From the NCBI RefSeq assembly GCF_009914755.1, contig NC_060940.1: a stretch of DNA of 64,000 nt; one strand, given 5' to 3'. Of the stretch, positions 30,301-45,110 are shown one piece after another. The notes under the pieces are model-generated. The model searched no databases. It saw only the letters and a list, made by a program, of their open reading frames with translations, and was not told the origin of the DNA. The position numbers and the translations under genes were made by a program. This DNA comes from the human T2T-CHM13v2.0 reference genome, Homo sapiens. Within the stretch, counting starts at the first letter, position 1. The number at the start of each line of letters is the position of its first letter.

Positions 30301-30607
30301 TTTTTTTTTGAGACAGGGTCTCACTGTATCACCCAGGAGGAGTGCAGTGGCTCCATGTCAGCTCACTACAACTCTCCACCCTCACCCCCTAGGCTCAAGC
30401 TTCCCACCCCAGCCTCCCCAGTAGCTGGGACCACAGATGCAGACCACCATACTCTGCTTTTTTGTTTTGTTTTGTTTTGGAATTTTTGGTAGAGATAGAG
30501 TCTTGCCATATTGCCCAGGCTGGTCTTGAACTCCACAGCTCAAGCCCTCTGCCCACCTCAGCCTCTCAAAGGGCTGGGAGAACAGGCATGAGGCACTGCA
30601 CCTGGCC
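30301..30607 (-). mobile_element. AluJ
   Basis: gagacagggtctcact... diverged J-type dimer. Confidence 0.88.
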
Positions 30608-31990
30608 ACAATTGATATTTTAAAAAACGTACCTTTTCATCACATCCTATTCCTCTCTTCCTCACTTTTTTGGGGGATAGGTCTCATGTGTTAAACTTTT
30701 TTTTTTTTATCAATGATAAATTTTGAATCCACCCAATTCATTCACTGAAGAGTCTGGACCACTCCACGGCTTTGATTTGTTTTGTTGTTTCAAACTCTCT
30801 AATGCAAATATCTGTTTCATTTTATTTTATTGTTTGCATTGTGGGCCTATTCCCCATCATATTTTGTGCTCATCGTGGCTCACAGCAACACTTTTTCATT
30901 CTTAACCTTTTTGTGCAGTGCCAATGTCTAGCCCTCCTGTTTCACCTTTCTCACCTCTAGTTCAGTCATCTCTCTGGCTAGGTCATGAAGAACTAGAATG
31001 ATTTGTCCGTGAAGTTTCACCTTCAGCTCCATTTTCCCAACCATTCTGAGGGGTCAGATTGGGTTACCACGGGGCCTCTCCCATGGCCTGACTATATCCC
31101 TGGATTTTGTCCTGATCAGAGATTATTTATTTATTTTTGTAGGCCTTTTATATCTGTGACATTTATTTGCAAGGAAATTGGTTTCCTGCTTGATGTCCTA
31201 CAAGGTATTTGTTGGGATTCAGCCTCACCCAAAATAATGATTATGATGACAATAGCAGCTACTCAGTACCAGGAGCACTGCTTACCTCATCTCTAATCCT
31301 CCCTGCAGTCCTGAGTGGTAAATATTATCTCTATTTTGCAGATACATTTTATTTATGCCCCACCATGTTCCAGGATGGTTTATAGGAGGTTTTATAATAA
31401 TTTATAAAATATAGCATAGTCATGAAAGGTAAAGGCAAAGAAAATATCCTTTCAAAAGCAGTGTGGAAATAAAGTCTCATAGAGCTTCAGAGCCTTGCCT
31501 GTGCCCATGGAAGTATGAAGTAGCAGAAGTGCCGTTTGAACCTGGGTCTTCCAGCTGCTAAGAGCTGTGACCTTTGTACTAAGCCAGACTGACTCAGGCT
31601 GGTGAATAAGATGAGACAGGTAAGTGTTGGAGGGAAAACGTCATGTCCGACAGGCCGTCCAAAGTTGGGCTTTGACCGTCAATGCCAGGCTGGGCTCCGG
31701 TATCACTCCAGTCATGAGGACCACAGTCGGGGTCAGGAGAACCACAATGCAAAGTGCTGTACTGGGACTCAGGACACCTGGGTGCTTCTCCCAGCACCAC
31801 AACTCATTGCAATAAATAATCACTGAGTTCTTTACAAAGCCATTCTATGGTATTTATTGAGCACCTGCTGTGGACAAAGCAAGCAAGGGTGAGCAAGGGC
31901 TGGGGAGTCCAGATATAAACAAGCCAGGCATCATCTCTGCCCTCAAGGAGCTCAGAGTCTAGTGGTTAAGGCAGATATTAAAGAAATATA

Positions 31991-32307
31991 CAGTTAGCCA
32001 TGGATTCGACCAACCATGAATTGAAAATATTCAGAAAAAGAAGTGTCTGCACTGAACATGTATGGACTTTGTTTCTTGCCATTATTCCCTAAACAATGCA
32101 GTATAACAACTATTTACATAGCATTTACATTGTATTAGGTATGACAAGAAATATAGAGATGATATAAAGTATACAAGAGGATGTGCGTAGGTTATATGCA
32201 AATACTATGCCTTTTTATTAATATATAAGGAACTTAAACATCTAAGGATTTTGGTATCTGTAGGGCATCCTGGAGCCAGTCCCCTATGGATACCAAAGGA
32301 CAACTAT
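31991..32307. mobile_element. Tigger3a/MER7-like TcMar fossil
   Basis: aaacaatgcagtataacaactatttacatagcatttacattgtattagg...ggataccaaaggacaact, TA-flanked. Confidence 0.8.
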
Positions 32308-33079
32308 ACACACATAAGAAACAAATTATGAGTTTTATGAGGGAAAATAATTAAATCCATGAAGGAGACTGTCATAGGGCTAATTTGGGTTGGGAAGAGA
32401 GGTCAGGGAAGGGCTCTCTGAAGAAATGCCATATGAGTGGAGACATTTTAGTTGACACCCATTATTATTTATTTCTTTGATAACACAGCACGGATTCTTT
32501 TGGATAAATCCATTCCATGTGGATTGGATGAGGTTTGCCTATTAGTCTGGGAAGTGGGCATGTGACTCAGACCTGGCCAATCACAATGCTGTAATCCTCT
32601 GGCCGCAGCGATGATTCAGGGGTAGGCAAGGGCCTGAGAGAAACCAGAATGCTGTAGGTAGGATGCTGTGTTTCCAAACAGTTTCACTCATAATCACATG
32701 AGTCCAGGCCTGGACCCACACAGAGCAAGACAGAACAGCAATGGCATACTTTAAACCCCAACCCAGCCTTACTTGAAGCCTGACTTTTTAGTTACATGAA
32801 CCAATGAGTTTCCTGCTTTGGGGGCACTAAGCTACATTGGGTTAGGTTTCTGTTACTTGTAGCTGTATAGATCTGAAAAAGAGTAGAAATTAGATGCACA
32901 GACATTGGGAGGGAGTGTTGCACACAGAGGTACCAGCCTGTGTGAGGGGCTGAGGAAAAAAAAGCTGGACATCACCGAGTCAAAGGCCAGTACAGCTGGA
33001 GTGAGTGGATGAAGGAGACAGTCAGTGGGCTGTGGGCTTGTGCACTACACAACGTTGCTTGAATAAAGGGTGAAGGGAA

Positions 33080-33730
33080 TTGGGCTGAACTGTGTTGAAT
33101 AGCATCCCCCATGCTGCCTCAGAAGGCAAGGAAAGATTTTTTCTCAGAGCCTTCAGAGGCATCATGGCCCTGCCGACACCTTGATCTTGGACTTCTGGCC
33201 TTCAGAACTGTGAGCAAATAGCTGTTGTTTTAAGCCATTGGGTTGGTGGGACTACGTTACAGCAGCCCTAGGGAATGACTGTGGTGGCAAATAGCTCAGC
33301 TTCTTTGGCCCTGGATGGGACAACTCTGAGGCACTACAAAACTCAGGTTGCAACCTTATTTGGAAATAGAGTCTTTGCAGGTGCAATTAGTTAAGACGAG
33401 GTCATACTGTCTTAGGGAAGGCCCTAAACCTAATGACTGTTGTCACTACAAGGAGGCCATATGAAGACACAGAGAGACACACGAAGAAGGCCATACAGCA
33501 GCCAAGGCAGAGCTGGAGTGACGAACCTGGAACCCAAAGAACACCAAAGAGTGCCAGCCGCCACCGGAAGCCAGGAAAAGACAAGGAAAGATTTTTCCTA
33601 GAGCCTTTGGAGGCAGCGTGACCCTGCCGAAACCTTGATCTTGGACTTGCAGCCTTCAGAACTGTGAGCAAATGTTTACTGTTTTAAGCCACCGGGGGGA
33701 CTTCATTACAGCCGCTCTAGGGAATGACTA
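33080..33730 (+). mobile_element. MLT1C-like LTR, rearranged by an internal duplication
   Basis: ccttatttggaaatagagtctttgcag...ccctgccgacaccttgatcttggactt; the 3' part occurs twice. Confidence 0.75.
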
Positions 33731-33859
33731 TGATGGGAAATATCCCAGCTTCCCTGGCCCTGGATGGGACAACTCTGACACATGCTTCTCATAGTCCCTT
33801 GCCATTTCCAGCAGGACTGAGCCCCAGCTGTCCACAGGGTAACCTGCTCATTAATGTGC

Positions 33860-34225
33860 TATATTAGTCCATTTTCACACTGCTGATAAAGACATACCTG
33901 AGACTGGGTAATTATAAAGAAAAGAGGTTTAATTGACTCACAGTTCCACATGGCTGGGGAGGCCTCACAATTATGGCAGAAGGCAAGGAGGAGCAAAGTC
34001 ACATCTTACATGGTGGTGGGCAAGAGACAGAGCTTGTGCAGGGGAACTCCTCTTTATAAAACTGTCAGAGCTCGTGAGACTTATTCAATATCAAGAGAAC
34101 AGTATGGGAAAGACCCGCCTCCATGATTGAGTTACTTCCCACTGGGTCCCACCCATGACACGTGGGAATTGTGGGAGCTACAATTCAAGATGAGGCTTGG
34201 GTGGGGACACAGTCAAACCATATCA
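33860..34225 (-). mobile_element. THE1B-like solo LTR nested in an LTR16-like ERVL LTR
   Basis: tattagtccattttcacactgctgataaagacatacc...aaccatatca; TSD tgtgc. Confidence 0.92.
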
Positions 34226-34407
34226 TGTGCCTTATGCTTTCCTCTCCTGCACTCTCCCACTCCCTCACTTTGCTTCCTGGAATCATCTTCCAAGTAAACT
34301 ACTTGTTCCCAGATGCTTGTCTTAGGGTCTGCTTTTGGAGAATCCCAGCTAAGACAGATGTCATGTAAGCTGGTGGAGAGAGGCTTAGGATGTAGCCATC
34401 ATGGTCT

Positions 34408-34730
<323 letters not shown>

Positions 34731-35764
34731 TAGATGGGTTAATGAGTTTGGATTTAATCCTCAGTGTCATGGGAAACCATAGGAAGGATTTGAGCAGGGA
34801 GTGATGTCTGATATTCATTTCTCAAGGATCCCATTGACAGCTGTTTGTAAAATGGCTTGTAGGGCACTAGAGCCCCGACAGGGAGACCCGTTGCAGTGGT
34901 CCTCCTTTTTCTAATTCATAATCTGGGGCCAAAGACTCTAGTGGGAATGGGGTAAGATGCACATAGGCTCGGCAAGATGCAATTTTCTCCCCATGAATCT
35001 TGGGGACCTCTTGTTATGCTGCAGGCTCTCTTAGTTAAGACTCAACTGCTAAGTAATTCTCATTACCTCTCCTCGCTGACAGGCAATGAACAGCTGTCAA
35101 GCATGTCTTACAAAACAAGACAATTTTCCCCCCATTAATGTAGCTCAGGATTGAGAAGAGCAGAGGAGCACACATCGCGGTAACCGAGCTTCCCGGCAGT
35201 GTCTCGGCCAGCCCCATTTTCCAGTGAGCAATAATTTCTCCTGCTGCCCTAGGAGGTAGGAGGTAGAGGTGCGAACAGGGAACTAGGAAGGGGTGACCTT
35301 TGGGATCTCCCTCCCATTTGGGTTCCCGTTGACCTTTCGGAAAGAAACCTTCTAACTGCAACACCTTTGGAATTTGTGTGTAATTTGCATCTGCAATTGG
35401 ATGGGATATGTGGAGCACACTTTCACCTGAGACTGTAAAATAATTGCAATTAGAAGGAAGATTCTCTGATCCAGAGTCTAAACGCTGAAAGGGCGATGAA
35501 TGATGATCTAGATATAGACAACTCCAGGCCCACAGTAGGTGCTCAGTAAATCCACCCATCTGTCATCCTTTCTCCATTCCTTTCTTTCTTTCTCCTTTCC
35601 TTCCTGCCTTTCCTCCCCACCCACCTTATTTGCAATGCTGGAATCACCTCTTCTATATGCCCATTAAGTGGTGTCCTGTCTCATCTTGAATACTGCCAGT
35701 GACAGGGAAGTCACTCCTCATTCCATTCCAGTTCAGCTCTGGCAATGAGAAAATTCACTTTTTA

Positions 35765-36090
<326 letters not shown>

Positions 36091-37356
36091 GAAAATTCAC
36101 TTTTTAAATGCCAAGATAAACTTACCTCCTTGTAGCTCCCTCTTACTGGATCTAATTGTGCTCCCCAGTGGCCTCACAAAGTATGTCTTGTCTGTCTTCT
36201 ACCTAAGTGTCCTCTGAACATTTGAAAAGAGTGCTCAAATTCCTAACAGTCTCTCTCTTTCTCTCTCTCTTTTTTTCCCTTTAAGCTAAAGGAAAACAGT
36301 TTCTCAACCTTTCTGTTTGCTCTCCTACCAACAATTTCCCATAGTCTTTATCTCTTTTGAAATGGTGGCCTTGACTGCAGGTGTGTGATCTCACCAGTAG
36401 GAACCAGGCTTGGCATGTCACCTCCTTTCCCTTGAACAATGCACCTCTATTGATGCAACCTGAGGTAACATTAGTCTTTAAAATTTTTTTATTTTTAGTT
36501 TTCTGGCAGTTCCACTTTACACTGCTAGCTAGTGTTTAGCTTAACATTGATGAAAAATCCTTAAGTCAGCGGCTGAGGAGCCAAATGCTGTCACAGGCAA
36601 GACAGGTAAGGCAAATAAGTGAAACATTCTGGGTGAGGCTTGTTGTGACATAAAGAGTTCATGCCCTTTTCATAGTGGGCAGCAGCTCGCAGCTCTAGCA
36701 GATTGTTGCTATGCAGAGTGTAGGCTCAGTGTTAAAAATTAGAAGCTTCCACATAAAAATCCAGACTACAACTTCTTTAAAAAAAAAAAAAAAGAACCCA
36801 GAGATCTGGCAACCTTGTGTTCATATTCCAGCATAGCTGGAGATGAGTTGTGGTTGCCAGAAACCCTTGGGCAATACTGCAGAAGAAGCCAAGAGGGCAC
36901 AGGGCCACCTTCCATGTGACAGTGCTGATCTAATCCATGAGCAAACAGCGTGGACCAAAACAGTCCCCAGGAGAGGCTGGTGCAGGAAGGCTCAGACACT
37001 GTGTTCTCTGACATAATTTATGTAAGTTATAATAGGGGGAGAGGCTCAGTCTGGGTTGTTCTGGAGTCTCAGCATCTTGCACTTTATTATGAGAAATTTT
37101 GCAAGCTTATTACTTTGTAGTAATAACTATGTTCTGGCAGAGAATGGAAGGGGAGATGTGATAAACAAATGTATGAAATATATGCTACAGAATTAGGGAG
37201 AGAGAAGGGCCAGGATAGAAGGTAAAACAGGAAGAGGGAAGAAGACTAGAGGTGAGGATGGGGTGGGGAGACCTGATTTAGATACAGAGGTTAGGGCATC
37301 TGACTTATAGCTAGAGGTCTGATTGGAGGGAGTGAATATGAGTATTTAGGCAGTAG

Positions 37357-37515
37357 AGCCAGGCGTGGTGGTGCACACCTGCAATTTCAGTGCTTTTAGG
37401 AGGCTGAGGATCGCTGGGGGCCAGGAGGTCAAGGCTGCAGTGAGCTGTGAATGAACCACTGCACTCCATCCTGGGTGACAGAGCAATACCTTATCTCTTA
37501 AAAAAAAAAAAAAAA
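37357..37515 (+). mobile_element. Alu monomer (FRAM/FAM-like)
   Basis: Single right-type monomer with polyA; tttaggcag on both sides. Confidence 0.8.
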
Positions 37516-38050
37516 GCATGTTTAGGCAGCAGGTGCGAAGGCCCTGAGGTCAGCATGCTCTTGGTGTATTTGCAGGCCGTGAGGAACCTTGACCACAAAG
37601 CATGGTGAGGAATGGGGTGGTGCTGGCACATGAGGTGGGAGGAGAGGGCAGGGGCCATGTCCAGTAGGATCTGGGTGCTTGTGGTGAGGAGTGTGATGTG
37701 AGGTCCTTGGCAAGGTTGGGCAGCAGCAGAAGATAATCTAACACTCTGTCTTTTGTGTGTAAAATAACATACAGATACACATGGAAGGGAAAGATGGGTC
37801 AGGAGCTACCGTGATGTGTCCAGGTGAGAGGTGATGGTGGCCTGGACCAGGTGTGGAGGTGGGGGTGGAGAGACATGGTTGGATTCTGGATGTTGACTTG
37901 CTGATACGTGGGACCTGGGATACCAAAGAGAGAGAAGGAAGAGTTGAGAATGACTGCAAGACTTTTGGCCCGAATAACTGGATGGAGGAGAAATAACAGA
38001 TGAGGAAGACTGTGGGAAGAGCAGATTTGGGGGCTGTGGGCATTTTGGGG
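37516..38050 (-). mobile_element. L2 fragment
   Basis: ccaggtgagaggtgatggtggcctggaccagg...gaatgactgcaagacttttggcc. Confidence 0.7.
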
Positions 38051-38180
38051 GGCAGCGGGGGACTGAATTGGGGAATTTAGAGACAAGGAAATGTGGTCCT
38101 GGGACATCATCACTGACAGTTGGGTATTGCAGAGGGAGAAAGAGTGACTCAGATATGTCCCTGGATGTCAGTTACAGACT

Positions 38181-38659
38181 TGTATCAGTTTCCTGTTGGT
38201 GCTGTAACAAGTCACCACAATCTTAGTGGCTTAAAACAATATAGATTTGTTATCTCACAACTCTGGAGAGGCAGGCATCCAAAATGGGACTCACTGGGCT
38301 AAAGTTAAGCTGTTGGCAGGGTTGGGCTCCTTCTGAAGGCTCCAGGGAGGGTCTGTGGCCTCAGCTTTTCTGGCTTCTAGACGCTGCCTGAATTCCTTGG
38401 CTCTCCTTCCATCTCCAAGGCCAGCAATGCAGGTGGAGTGCTTCTCACTCAGACTTGGACCATCTTGCCTCCCCTCTCCATTGTAAAGATCTCGTGATCA
38501 CAGTGGGCCCACCTGGATAGTCCAGGATTCTCTCCCCATCTCAGGATCTTTATCTTAACCACATCTACAAAGTCTCTTTGCCACGTAAGGTGACACATTC
38601 AGGGGGTCTGGGGATCAGGAAGTGAACATCTTTGGGGACATTATTCTGTCTACCACACA
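38181..38659 (-). mobile_element. MLT1C/D-like LTR
   Basis: tgtatcagtttcct...ggcttaaaacaa...cattattctgtctaccaca. Confidence 0.8.
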
Positions 38660-39491
38660 GATAAACCTGTTTCTTCATGCTGCTCCCTAGGATGAGGTAG
38701 GAGTGCAGCTGTGCGGTCTCCTATTCATCTCAGACCTCTAAAGCACCTTAGGGAGGAAGATCTCACTGCAGTAGGCTGATAACCCAGTGTAACAAAAACC
38801 TGTTTAATTACAGAATAACACTGTCTTTAGTAGAGAACAAAAGGGACATTATTGAAAAATCCCTTGACTAACCTGTACCTTTTGGAGCTACACATCATGA
38901 GGCTTTTTACAAAATGCCTCATAAAATTACCTATGAATTAAATTGAGATCTATCTGGGAGAAGGCTGTAAATTTCCCTCAAACAAGCAGCTATCTCTTTC
39001 AGCTGAAACTTGTCTTTCTAGGTTGCCCCAGTCCCCACCACTCCATATTGTCTCAGCCCTGGTTATGCATTTATGTCAGCTGCTTGGCTCTCAAGAGCAT
39101 TTGTGTTCATGACTCCTCGCTTAAAATTATTCTGCACGGAAGTTGATGATGGAGTTGTGTTTAACCTCAAGATGTGACTTAGCTGTGTGATCCCAGCAAA
39201 TCAGGAATCATCTCTGAGTCTCAGTTTCCTTGCTGGTGAGATGTGAACGCTGCTGTGGTGGGGAGTAAGGGGGAGGGAGGCAGGCTTTATGACAGCTATG
39301 AGCATTTACTCATTTACTATGAGTCAGACAAGTAAGACTGAATCTCCATGCTATAGTTTGCTACCCACGTTCTTTTATTTTTATTTATATATTTATATAT
39401 TTATTTATTTGTTTATATGTTTTTAATTTCAGTAGGTTTTTGGGGGAACAGGTAGTGTCTGGTTACATGAATTTACATGAATAACTTCTTT

Positions 39492-39783
<292 letters not shown>

Positions 39784-40067
39784 TGAGACTTTGGTGCACG
39801 CATCGCTCAAGCAGTGTACACTGTACCCAATGTGTAGTCTTTTATCCCTCAGCACCCCCGACCCTTTCCCCTGAGTTCCCAAAGTCCAATCTATCATTCT
39901 TATGCCTTTTTGTCCTTATAGCTTAGCTCCCACATATGAATGAGAACACACAAAATTTGATTTTCCATTCCTGAGTTTCTTCACTTAGAATAATAGTCTC
40001 CAGTTCCATCCAGGTTGCTGCAAATGCCATTATTTCCTTTTCTTTTTATGGCCGAGTAGTATTTCAT

Positions 40068-40210
40068 GGTGTGTTTGTGTGTATATATATATGTGTGTGT
40101 GTGTATATATATATGTATATATGTGTGTGTATATATGTATACATGTGTGTATATATACATGTATATATGTGTGTGTTTATATATATATAAATGTGATGTA
40201 TATATATATC
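40068..40210. repeat. Compound (TG)n(TA)n microsatellite in L1
   Basis: Alternating purine-pyrimidine tract. Confidence 0.93.
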
Positions 40211-40677
40211 ACATTTTCTTTATTTACTTGTTGATTGATGGGCATTTGGACTGGTTTTGTATTTTTGCAATTGCAAATTGTGCTGCTATAAACAATCCAA
40301 ATCGGTAAAGAGGAAGTCAAATTGCCGCTGCTCGCTGATGATATGATTGTGTACCTAGAAAATCCCAAACACTCATCCAAAAAGCTCCTAGAACTGGTCA
40401 ATGAATCCTGCATTCATTCATTCATTGTTCAACAAATACTCGTTGGGTCCTTTCTAAATGTGTCAGGCACTGTGCAGGGTGTTAGAGAAACATCAGTGAA
40501 CAAAAGGGATAAAATCTCTTCCCTCGTGGGACTCACACTTTAGTGGGATGTGTGTAGTGCATGATGACATAATTGTAGCACCCATTGTATGCAAATAGGA
40601 AAGGAGGCTGGCATGATGTCAGGCCAGTGTCACAGCCCCTCTGAGTCTGTTTCCTTTCCCTTAAATGACTTTGATAG

Positions 40678-40973
<296 letters not shown>

Positions 40974-41031
40974 TTAAATGACTCTTGTAGGCCTTTCCTC
41001 TTACCGACGTTGTAAGCATTGAATAAGAGGG

Positions 41032-41425
41032 TGTTGTGAGTTGAATTGTATCATCTCCAGATGCATCTACTGATGTTCTAACCCCTGGAAATAGGACCTT
41101 ACTGGAGATCTTGTCTTCACAGAAGTAATGAAGTTAAGTTGAGGCCATTTGGGTGGGCTTTAATCAGTAAGACTGGTGCTTTTATAAGAAGTGGAAATTT
41201 GGATACAGAGACATGCACAGAAGGAAGTGAAGAGATCCAGGGAGAAGACAGCAATCTACAAGCCAAGGAGAGAGGCCTGGAACAGAGTGGAGTCTCCCCC
41301 ATAGCCCTCAGAAGGAATCACCCCTGCTGACACCTTGATTTTCAACTTCTGACCTCCACAGCTGGGAGAGAATAAATTTCTGTTGTTTGAGCCACCTTGT
41401 TACAAAACTCCAGCAAACCAATACA
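41032..41425 (+). mobile_element. MLT1B-like LTR
   Basis: ctacaagccaaggagagaggcctggaacag...cagcaaaccaataca. Confidence 0.8.
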
Positions 41426-42196
41426 GAGGGTTTCTGTAAAGTGTTGATCTCAGTGTCTGGCAACTATGAAGTATTGCACTGGACAAATGGAGGTTGTAAG
41501 AATAACAGAGGTAAATGATTGCCTGGCCCCTAGCCAACCCTTATTCCATGCTACTCCCTCCCTCTCACTTTAACAAGGTTTGTTATAAAGGAAACTCCCA
41601 GTCAAATCCCTGTGGTCACTCCTCCGACCGCTCCCACCTCTTTGCCGCCTTTTCTCAGATAGGTTGCTTCAAGCCAAAAGCACTTCTCCCAGCAGTTCTG
41701 ACTTGATGAAGTTATCTTGTTTCAGGGCTGAGCAGAGCTTTCCATGACAATAGCTCTCTGGGGGAAACGAAGCCAGCTGTCACATCGCTGCCTGACACTT
41801 TGCTATCACACATTTTCTTCCAGGTCTCCTTGTCCGACAGCTTCTTCACAAGTGGCTCCGTGCAGGGCCTCCATGACCTCGAATGACTGATTGCCACCTA
41901 AGCGGGCAGTTGGGCTGCATTATCACAGCTGTTACAAGGAAAGAGAGGGTTGTAATCCCTCTTCCCCAAATGACAGACTGCTTGTTAGACACAGAATGGT
42001 CACTGTGGCTTGTAAGATGTGGGTGGGGAAGAATAATCCATTTATACAAAACCACAGACTGACAACCTCTCCTTCTCCTTGCTGTTCCCTGTCTCCTTAA
42101 ACCTGTTTTCTCTGCCCACTTATCGGATCATACGGATTCTGAAATGTGTCTGACATCCAATGGCAACTAGCAATGTGCAACCAAAAGTTATTTCTT

Positions 42197-42500
<304 letters not shown>

Positions 42501-42666
42501 GTTATTTCTTGCCTGGCCAGGATACCTCAACCACTGCTTAAAACACCTACTATATACCAGACATATAAAACCATTTATTGATCTATAAACATTTATTGAG
42601 TTTGTATGGTAGTGATTCGAATGAGTGAAGGTGTCAATAAGAGATACCAACTAAAAGCAGCTTGAC

Positions 42667-43192
42667 GAAGTCATTATATGAAGAAGACACTTGCACATGT
42701 GTGTTTACAGCAGCGTAATTTACAATTGCAAAGATGCGGAACCAACCCAAGTGCCCATGGATTGAGTGGCTAAAGAAAAACGTGGTATATATACACCACG
42801 GAATATGACTCAGCCATTAAAAGGAATGAAATCATGTCTTTTGCAGCGACTTGGATGGATCTGGAGGCCATTATTCTAAGTGAAGTAACACAGGAGTAGA
42901 AAACCAAAAACCGCATGTTCTCACTAAAAGCGGGAGGTTGAGCTATGAGTACGCAGAGGCATACAGAGTGGTATAATGGACTTCAGGGACTTTAAAGTGT
43001 GAGAGTGTAGGGGGGCCAGGGATGGAAAAAACCTACACGTTAGGTACAATGTACACTACTTGTGTGATGAGTGCACTAAAATCTCAGAATTCATCACTAT
43101 ATAATTCATTTATGTAACCAAAAACCACTTGTACCCCAAGAACTATTGAAAATAAATAGATAAAAAATTAAAAAGTGTGCTGTAAAAGAAAT
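42667..43192 (+). mobile_element. L1PB-type truncated 3' end
   Basis: ORF2 C-terminus plus 3' UTR; TSD taaaagcagctt(g/a)ac at 42652-42666 and 43193-43207. Confidence 0.88.
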
Positions 43193-43643
43193 TAAAAGCA
43201 GCTTAACTAATGACACATTATTTCTCACGTAACAGAACTCGAGAGGAGTTGGATCCAGGGTTGATTCCATGGCGCCTGGGCTCCACATCAGCCTCTCTTA
43301 GCCTTTTTTGCCTTCTCCCTCTCGGAGCCAAAATAGCTGCTGCTGCACCGTCATCACGTCTTTCATGTCAGTGTCCAGAGCAGTAAGGCAGTTCGAGAAT
43401 GGCTGTTGGGTGGCAATCCCAAATGTCTGGGGCATGTGCCATGTGCTAGTCATTTTTCTAGGTGCTGATGTTTTGCTTCTTCTAATCCTGAGCAACATAC
43501 TCTGGGAAGGTGTCATCTTTGAGATGTTAAGTGATTTGTCTAAGGCCATAAGCTAGTAAGTGGCATGATGGGAATTTAAGTCTAGGTTTACCTGACTCCA
43601 AAAAGTCTGTGTTCATTCTACCAAGATCTAGCAGTGTCTAGAT

Positions 43644-43857
43644 CAGGGTTTCTCAATCTGAGCACTATTGACATTTTGTGCTGGACAGTTCCTTGTTGTA
43701 GGGGGCTGTCCCATGCATTGCAGGATGTTCAGCAGCTTCTGTAGAACCTATCTATTAGATGCCAGTAGCACCCCCTCAGCTGTGACAATCAAAAATGCCC
43801 CCACACATTGCCAAATGTTCAGATGCTGCAAAAATCACCTGCAGTTAAGAGCCATTG
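43644..43857. mobile_element. MER20 hAT fossil
   Basis: gcactattgacattttg...agatgccagtagcaccccc...cattgccaaatgt. Confidence 0.85.
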
Positions 43858-43905
43858 CCCTATGGAGTACTCTTTCTGTCAAGGCTCAATATAAAATTGC
43901 ATAAA

Positions 43906-44220
<315 letters not shown>

Positions 44221-44738
44221 CCTGAGTCCTGAGCCTTTAACCTGGTGACCAACATGCTCCCTGCTCTGGCACTCAGTATGGAGTTTTCAAAATACATTCT
44301 CTAATTTGGTATGATTGATGGCTGTAGAGGGGGTGAGTGAGAGATAAATGGACCACAAACAGGCTGGCTATTGACACTATGTCACAGTGACACTGCTGAG
44401 GGATGTTTTATAGGTTAACTCTTAATTTTAACCTTCACATCAATCTCACGACACAAGTACTATCCTTCCCCCCGATCTTTAGATGAGGAGAATGAATTGA
44501 GAGCCATGAAGTTACTTGCTCGAAGCTACACAGCTGGAGTGTGGCCCATGGCAGAGTCTGTCTGCAGAGGGCCCCCTCAAGCCTTGCTGTCTCCATAGCA
44601 CCTCTGTGCGTGAGTTACTGTCAGCTCTGATTTTCAAAGAGGAAACATGCGAGAAGACACTCAGTCCCAAATTAGTGCTTTGAATAATTCACAAGGCACT
44701 TTCAGGTGTTCAGGCCCGGGGACTTTCAGGAGACCTGG

Positions 44739-45110
44739 TGTTATGGACTGAAAGTCTGTGTCTTCCCAAAATTCATAGGTTGAAGCCCTAACCCCCAGTG
44801 TGATGTTGTTAGGAGGTTGGGCCTATGGGAGGTGATAAGGTTTAGATGAGGTCATGAGTGTGGGGCCCCCATGGTGGGGGGGGCGGGATTAGTGTTTTCA
44901 TAAGAAGAGGAAAAGAGACAGACTCTTCCTCTGTCTCCACCACGTGAGGACACAGCAAGAAGGCGGCTGTCTGCAAGCCAGGAAGAGAGTCTTTATCAAA
45001 ACCCAATCCTCCTGGCTTCCTGATCTTGGACTTCCTGCCCTTCACAATAAGTGCCTGTTGTTTAAGCCACACATTCATGGTGTTTTATTATAGCAGCTTG
45101 AGCTGACTAG
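44739..45110 (+). mobile_element. MLT1A-like LTR
   Basis: tgttatggactgaa...tgaagccctaacccccagtgtga...tatagcagcttgagctgacta. Confidence 0.82.

Noticed and set aside
31617-31625. Perfect splice donor CAG|GTAAGT
   Set aside because: About one is expected by chance per window of this size, and there is no convincing upstream exon
35035-35559. 174-aa ORF outside obvious repeats
   Set aside because: No recognisable domain or exon structure, and it begins in an L2-like tail motif
40322-40543. ORF with an RT-like ADD motif
   Set aside because: A 112-bp L1 fragment running into L2; not an intact reverse transcriptase
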